Virus record (IMG/VR): IMGVR_UViG_3300049725_000006
Span: 1 to 30,556 of that record
Origin: a virus
Lineage: Duplodnaviria; Caudoviricetes
DNA length: 30,556 bases
Reading direction: 5' to 3' (one strand)
The translations under genes were made by a program, and so were the position numbers. Every line of letters starts with the position of its first letter. Position 1 is the stretch's first letter. Shown piece by piece: positions 25,812 to 30,556 of this stretch. The notes beneath the pieces are model-generated. The model did no database searches, was not told the DNA's origin, and saw only the letters and a program-made list of their open reading frames with translations.

Positions 25812-25858
25812 TTCCCTTAAACTACTGATAAGACGCGGCTCATACGACTCTGCCTGCT

Positions 25859-27184
25859 TTACGAACTTGAGCCAATAATCGTCTTTAGCCTTTTCCGTGC
25901 CAAGTATAGACTTTTTTTTTGAACAGCCTTAGTCGGTGGGAATCCCCCACCCGGTGGTAATGCAGGTTGAGCGTTTGGGTCTACCGGCTTCTGTGACAAT
26001 AAGTCCGCACCGTTCATTACCTGGAATTGCATAGGCACCATAAAGTGTTCGTCCGGCATAATATCGCCTAAGTCCAATAGTTGGCGTGCTTCCTCTATGG
26101 ATATAACACTGGCCTTAACATGATTGTCGATAACCTGCGCTTGTGCCTCAGTATCCTCAGGAACGGGATTATCGAAGTCCAGCATTAAGTCCTCGCCATA
26201 ATCAGGAGTCAAGAACATATTCCATTTCTCACGCATCTTGACAAGGCGAGGCACCATTACGCCTCTGGCAAAGTTCAATAGTTGCGCTTCGGCATTAGCC
26301 CTGTTGATTGACTCTGTACCGCCTACATTAGCGTAAGATATACCAAAAGCGCCTAGTATCTTATTCCTGACATCTGCGGATAGATTAACAAAGTCCATGT
26401 CCTTGTTGTTAGAGGCTGTCTGTGATAGAGTAGCGCCTTGAGTGAGTATAGCCGCCCTGTGCGCTCTACCGTACGATCTGTGCCCTGCATTCCACTGATC
26501 TGCTAATCTATTCAGTTCATCCGGGGTAATAGACGCCTCAGTCGGATATGTAATGACAGTGCCAGCGCTCGCGTCCCAATAGAAGAAGTTTCTATTATAC
26601 TGAGCCATCATCGACATGGATTCTATTTCGATAGCTGCTGACTGGGCCCGTCCCACGCCCTCCAGCTGGTTTAAGGGATTGACCTCTAGGAAGGCAATAA
26701 CTTCTTCCGGCTTAAATAGCTTGACTACACTCTCACGTTCATACTTATAGCCGGAGATGTAATTAACAGGGTCAGAGATAGCACTCATATATTGGGCAGG
26801 CGCTATCCATAGTTCTTTAGTGCCCTTGTTCATTTGCTTGATGTGATAGCACTCGCCTAATAATTCAGTAAAGACTTGATGTAATTCCCTGAACTCATGC
26901 CCTGATTGAAACGGATTAGGCTTATTGATAAGGTCTAACAGTTCATGACTGTCAACTTCTTCCCTGTCACCGTCTTTATGGAGTTTGTATAATCTCCAGT
27001 CTACCTGGCCCACCGCGGTAGCAATCGTAGTTACAGCAGTCCTTACCCAAACGATGTCTTTATAATAGCGCAACATACCTTCTTTATTGCCGGTGGTTTG
27101 CCCGCTGCCAGTAAAGGTAATGCGATTAGTCGGCATGGGGAACGGAACGGCTTTGGTTATTAATCTATCAACTAGCATACCCAT
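25859..27184 (-). CDS. Portal protein, HK97 family
   Basis: LINKPNPFQSG, ELLGECY, ILGAFGI, NRANAE, ISIEEARQ; the ATG at 27184 follows GGAGG. Confidence 0.93.
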   Translation of the reverse strand: MGMLVDRLITKAVPFPMPTNRITFTGSGQTTGNKEGMLRYYKDIVWVRTAVTTIATAVGQVDWRLYKLHKDGDREEVDSHELLDLINKPNPFQSGHEFRELHQVFTELLGECYHIKQMNKGTKELWIAPAQYMSAISDPVNYISGYKYERESVVKLFKPEEVIAFLEVNPLNQLEGVGRAQSAAIEIESMSMMAQYNRNFFYWDASAGTVITYPTEASITPDELNRLADQWNAGHRSYGRAHRAAILTQGATLSQTASNNKDMDFVNLSADVRNKILGAFGISYANVGGTESINRANAEAQLLNFARGVMVPRLVKMREKWNMFLTPDYGEDLMLDFDNPVPEDTEAQAQVIDNHVKASVISIEEARQLLDLGDIMPDEHFMVPMQFQVMNGADLLSQKPVDPNAQPALPPGGGFPPTKAVQKKSLYLARKRLKTIIGSSS

Positions 27185-27356
27185 TCGGCTTATTGCCTCC
27201 AGGTTTAATAGCAAAGTAAATCAGCCCTGCACCAAGCAGAATGAACGCAGACGGCTTATAAACTAAATAGGCTCCGTAGAACACAGAGCCAGCACCAAGC
27301 AATAGTATTATGTCGCTGAAATCAAACGGTATCTTTAGTTTCTTAATCCCCTTCAT
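27168..27356 (-). CDS. Small 2-TM membrane protein preceding portal
   Basis: DIILLLGAGSVFYGAYLVYKPSAFILLGAGLIYFA; common position in HK97-type head modules. Confidence 0.65.
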   Translation of the reverse strand: MKGIKKLKIPFDFSDIILLLGAGSVFYGAYLVYKPSAFILLGAGLIYFAIKPGGNKPNGYAS

Positions 27357-27540
27357 AAGCCCACTTTTCAATGGCTCTCCTTGTTTGCACGGCAATAGGG
27401 CAATGACAATATCCACAGTTCGTACAAATGACTGACTTACACTGAGGGCATTCGATTGCTGTGTCCAAGTCGATATAGCCCATGCACTTAGGGCACCGGC
27501 CAATATTACCCGTTAATTGTGCTCTTGAGTCAATTATCAT
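27343..27540 (-). CDS. Small Cys-rich zinc-finger protein
   Basis: CPKC, CPQC, CTNCGYCHC. Confidence 0.6.
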   Translation of the reverse strand: MIIDSRAQLTGNIGRCPKCMGYIDLDTAIECPQCKSVICTNCGYCHCPIAVQTRRAIEKWAYEGD

Positions 27541-27713
27541 ATATCAATAATTAACTGAGCCGGTATTTTACGGCCTTCATACATATGCTCAGGTTCAAAG
27601 TTAATATTATCTATCGTGGGTTCACCGCCAACACACCCAGCTTCAGCCATAATAAACACAATGGCATTAGGGTCATACTTAGTTAGAATAAGAGCTAATT
27701 CAGCTACAGTCAT
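27537..27713 (-). CDS. Small hypothetical protein
   Basis: MTVAELALILTKYDPNAIV; AAGGAGAGG SD. Confidence 0.6.
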   Translation of the reverse strand: MTVAELALILTKYDPNAIVFIMAEAGCVGGEPTIDNINFEPEHMYEGRKIPAQLIIDI

Positions 27714-27723
27714 TTTCCTCTCC

Positions 27724-28917
27724 TTAGATCCAGCGAATTTCGGCCTTTGTACGATTAGCATTCACCGCATAGCGCCTTGCGTCCATCCCGTGACTCCACT
27801 CGTGCGTGGTCTTGTCTGTGTACTTACCGTCTTTGTCCGGGATATATCTGAAGTTTCGCTGCTCTTTGATGCAGTGTAGGCTTGCCTTAGTCCAGAACTG
27901 CTTGAACTGCCTGATTTTCTGATGTCCGAATTCTACGGAGTCAGCACCCTTATAGCATGGCTTGATATTATAGCCATACCGGTGTATCTCTTCAATGCTC
28001 TTTGGCTCCGCACTATCAGCAAAGATTTGTGCAGTGTTCTTGTTTATGTTAAGTTCATTCAGCCGGTGGGCAATGGCGTCATTTGTGAGGCCGTTTTCAT
28101 AGATGAGTTCTTCGCTTGATAGCTCATCTCCCTTAAGAATGCACCTAACCAATACTGAAGGGTCATTGCTGTAACCAAAGTCCAGTCCATAGAACTCTTG
28201 ACCTCCCTCAGGTAAACTATCGCATTGCTGGAAGTAGGGATATACTAAGCCCTCAACCCTACCAATACGGCCTAAGCCGTACACATTCCACCAGTTAGGG
28301 TCAGTTAGACGGTACGACTCAATATTATCTACTACAGGTTGAGGTAATACCCATTTAGCATCAATATAGGTTGAATGGATATAAGCGTTTTCAGGCTTGC
28401 CTATCCACTGCTCATGCGCCCAGAATTCAGAAACAGGATTCCAATCTACAAAGGTAAATCGTGCGGTTCTAACATCTAGGTTACGTGCGGTCTCCCATGG
28501 AACGTTGTTACCCTCATTGATGTATAGGATATCCCGACGTGGACCACGTACCTTAGCGGATTCATCAGCTCCAAAGAACTCTATGGTAGCAAACCTGTTG
28601 ATGTGATACTGCTGCTCTGTCTTGTTGTAGAGGTCGTCATTAAACTCAGCGCCTAGAATATCCTTGAAGTCCTTAATACAGCCTTTCTTTAAGTGCGGCA
28701 TGGATTCGGAGACTACAGAGATCAGAAGGTTAGACTTGGCTGTTTCAGCAATGTGGACTAGAACCTGAAGGATAGAATAGGTTTTACTGGAGGCCGTGCC
28801 ACCTTCGTCCAAAGCACGCCTTATCTTAGGATTCAGGTATGCCTCTAAATTCTTATGAAAGATGCTAGTTAAAGCCCATCCCCGATTTTCTAATTCTTTA
28901 GTTGTCATTATGCTCAT
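27724..28917 (-). CDS. terL: Terminase large subunit (PBSX/SPP1-like)
   Basis: Walker A variant EGGTASSKT, LYINE, DWNP, GLDFGYSNDP, ADSAEPKSI, HGMDARRY. Confidence 0.93.
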   Translation of the reverse strand: MSIMTTKELENRGWALTSIFHKNLEAYLNPKIRRALDEGGTASSKTYSILQVLVHIAETAKSNLLISVVSESMPHLKKGCIKDFKDILGAEFNDDLYNKTEQQYHINRFATIEFFGADESAKVRGPRRDILYINEGNNVPWETARNLDVRTARFTFVDWNPVSEFWAHEQWIGKPENAYIHSTYIDAKWVLPQPVVDNIESYRLTDPNWWNVYGLGRIGRVEGLVYPYFQQCDSLPEGGQEFYGLDFGYSNDPSVLVRCILKGDELSSEELIYENGLTNDAIAHRLNELNINKNTAQIFADSAEPKSIEEIHRYGYNIKPCYKGADSVEFGHQKIRQFKQFWTKASLHCIKEQRNFRYIPDKDGKYTDKTTHEWSHGMDARRYAVNANRTKAEIRWI

Positions 28918-28931
28918 TAATGTGTTATACT
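28902..28931 (+). promoter_or_regulatory. Sigma70-type promoter for HNH-AP2
   Basis: TTGTCA (28902-28907), 18 bp spacer, TGtTATACT (28923-28931); overlaps the terL start region. Confidence 0.55.
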
Positions 28932-28952
28932 TAATTAATGGAGGTACATAGA

Positions 28953-29423
28953 ATGAAGGAAATTGTATTAAGTCAAAACAAGATAGCGATTGTTGATGAT
29001 GATGACTACTACAGGTTAAAGCAATATAATTGGTATGCTGTCAATGAGCATGGGTACTGGTATGGACAGGCTTTCATTAGTACTAAACAAGTCTTTATGC
29101 ATCGGTTTATAATGAATACGCCTGCCCATTTAAAAACTGACCATAAGAATAATGATGGACTTGACAACAGAAAAGAGAATCTTCGTATTTGTACTGCCGC
29201 TCAGAATACACACAACCAGATTCGCCAATCTAGAAATAAATCATCAAAGTTTAAAGGTGTCTATTGGTATAGTCCACGCAATAGATGGCGAGCGATAATT
29301 AGAGTCGGCATGAAACGATACTATTTGGGCAACTTTAAAGATGAAAAAACGGCTGCACTTGCTTACAATATAGCCGCAATAACATATCACGAGGACTTCG
29401 CTAATCTAAATATTATTGAGTGA
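28953..29423 (+). CDS. HNH-AP2 homing endonuclease
   Basis: AIVDDDDY, MHRFIM, TDHKNNDGLDNRKENLR, SSKFKGV, WRAII, YLGNF..EKTAALAYN; GGAGGT SD before 28953 (alternative start 28938). Confidence 0.93.
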   Translation: MKEIVLSQNKIAIVDDDDYYRLKQYNWYAVNEHGYWYGQAFISTKQVFMHRFIMNTPAHLKTDHKNNDGLDNRKENLRICTAAQNTHNQIRQSRNKSSKFKGVYWYSPRNRWRAIIRVGMKRYYLGNFKDEKTAALAYNIAAITYHEDFANLNIIE

Positions 29424-29498
29424 TCGTCTGTATAACGGGTTCAGATAGTTGCTTAGGTTCTGATCGAATATCGGTGTTAGGCTCCAGCCGTCCAACAT
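29406..29498 (-). pseudogene. Orphaned terL 5' stub (30 aa)
   Basis: MLDGWSLTPIFDQNLSNYLNPLYRRSLNNI aligns to the TerL N-terminus GWALTSIFHKNLEAYLNPKIRRALD. Confidence 0.7.
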
Positions 29499-29901
29499 TC
29501 TCTAGTTTCTCCAATAGTAGCTTAGTCTCTGGGTTAATGATGTTGTAAATACGTGAGGACTTGATTTCATTGCCCTTGCTTGTTATGTCCTGTCTGGTAG
29601 GTGCATAGTCACCACCCATCTTGTTAAGCTCTGCTATGGCAGGGATTGACAACTTACCACCGAAGCGGGCTATGAGGGTAAGCATTTCTCTACGCTCTCG
29701 AACGCCCATTATCTTAGCGGACTCTGTTTTGTCACGGAGTTCAATGAGGCGGTTCTTTATGTTAACCTTAGTTAAATTATTAGAAGCAATGACTACGGCG
29801 GTGTCTTTAGAATACCCGGCCTTAATAGCGGCCTCAGTAGCATTATTAGTTAAGAGGTAATTAATACAAAACTTTTCCTGCTTGGCAGTCAATGTTCTCA
29901 T
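29413..29901 (-). CDS. terS: Terminase small subunit
   Basis: LTAKQEKFCINYL..NNATEAAIKAGYSKDTA...ASNNL. Confidence 0.93.
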   Translation of the reverse strand: MRTLTAKQEKFCINYLLTNNATEAAIKAGYSKDTAVVIASNNLTKVNIKNRLIELRDKTESAKIMGVRERREMLTLIARFGGKLSIPAIAELNKMGGDYAPTRQDITSKGNEIKSSRIYNIINPETKLLLEKLENVGRLEPNTDIRSEPKQLSEPVIQTITQ

Positions 29902-29916
29902 AGTGGTATTTTCTCA

Positions 29917-29959
29917 GGATAAACGGAGCGAAGCCTCTAAAGCGTAGCGTAGTTTATCC
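29917..29959. other. Hairpin containing GAGCGAAGC / GCGTAGCGT motifs
   Basis: GGATAAAC...GTTTATCC inverted repeat between the rep-like gene and terS. Confidence 0.4.
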
Positions 29960-29996
29960 GTTAATCTATTTATCTTTGTATTTACGGTATTACTAT

Positions 29997-30383
29997 TTAT
30001 GGTAGTTTACTTATCTTCGGTTGTGTGCACTGTAATGCACTACCACTAGTGCACCCTACTGCACTACTAGTGGTGCACTCTAATGCACCAGTTACCCATA
30101 AATCAGGATGATTAAATGTGTATCCATTACCATATTTTGTAAGATAAGATTGCCGGGTTAAAATATGCTTGCTTACCAGTAGGTTAATGGAGTAGACAAC
30201 CTGACGTCTTTTGAAGCCCGTACATTGCGCAATATGGTTATAACTGGCAGACTCTATCCGTTTGCGACCTGTGCGCCCATACAGCTCATCCAAGAGATAG
30301 ATACATACTGCATACTCGCAACCTGTTAGTCTTGCTCTTGATAGTGCCCTGATAACGTGTTTTGTCTTTTCAAAGTTAATCAT
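29997..30383 (-). CDS. Replication initiator-like wHTH protein (lambda O-like N-terminus), short
   Basis: LSRARLTGCEYAVCIYLLDELYG...SYNHIAQCTG.KRRQV..SIN.L...Y.FN...W followed by an iteron-coded repeat. Confidence 0.65.
   Translation of the reverse strand: MINFEKTKHVIRALSRARLTGCEYAVCIYLLDELYGRTGRKRIESASYNHIAQCTGFKRRQVVYSINLLVSKHILTRQSYLTKYGNGYTFNHPDLWVTGALECTTSSAVGCTSGSALQCTQPKISKLP
30025..30088. repeat. Iteron-like repeats (3 x 24 bp period)
   Basis: GTGCAC at 30025, 30049 and 30073, each followed by nnTAnTGCAC; AT-rich tract adjacent at 29960-30000. Confidence 0.7.
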
Positions 30384-30556
30384 ATTCCCTCTCAAATTCC
30401 CCTCTATTAAAGAAGGGGCAATGGCTGAGAGGGTTAGCCATTTTGTCATACGGTTAATTAGGCCGTACCAAGCCCCTATTGTATTATGTTAATTGTTATG
30501 ATTGTGGGCTAATTAATGTGTTTTGATTGCGAAAAGCGTTATTCTTCACTGGTTAA

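Larger units (their letters stand above)
1..30556. mobile_element. Tailed dsDNA phage/prophage late region (siphovirus-like, HK97 fold)
   Basis: Syntenic terS-terL-portal-MuF-protease-capsid-neck-tail-lysis order on the minus strand. No integrase or host genes are visible, so prophage versus free phage cannot be decided. Confidence 0.97.

Noticed and set aside
740-28606. Numerous plus-strand ORFs in the track (e.g. 740, 1479, 3399, 5819, 9901, 10885, 15083, 23101, 23971, 27616, 28397)
   Set aside because: Antisense shadows of well-supported minus-strand genes, with no recognisable motifs.
28918-29420. Group I intron in terL
   Set aside because: The HNH is antisense, there is no room for a ribozyme core, and terL has its own replacement start.

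Overview
The window is a tailed dsDNA phage or prophage segment (siphovirus-like, HK97 fold) with an almost complete late region on the minus strand. Gene order: replication-initiator-like gene with iterons, terS, antisense HNH-AP2, terL, portal, MuF/gp7, prohead protease, major capsid, decoration-like proteins, neck and tail genes, a very short tape measure, a GH18 tail protein, a papain-like peptidase, holin-like genes and a terminator. The most striking feature is a ~7 kb translationally coupled cassette inside the morphogenesis operon (13.6-20.5 kb). It encodes a SAM methyltransferase, a GT-A glycosyltransferase, a transaldolase, a GmhA-like isomerase, an NAD-dependent epimerase, a B12 radical SAM enzyme and an HddA-like kinase, and is flanked by Asn/Thr-rich structural genes with many N-x-S/T sequons. 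I interpret it as a candidate phage-encoded pathway that glycosylates the virion with a modified heptose or other higher-carbon sugar. Additional signals read from the sequence: a -1 frameshift fusing portal to MuF, an orphaned duplicate terL N-terminus next to the HNH insertion, a non-canonical tRNA-like element between two paralogous decoration genes, a fibre gene split by a single in-frame TAA, and the classic tail-chaperone frameshift. All family calls come from motif recognition by eye; no database searches were run.
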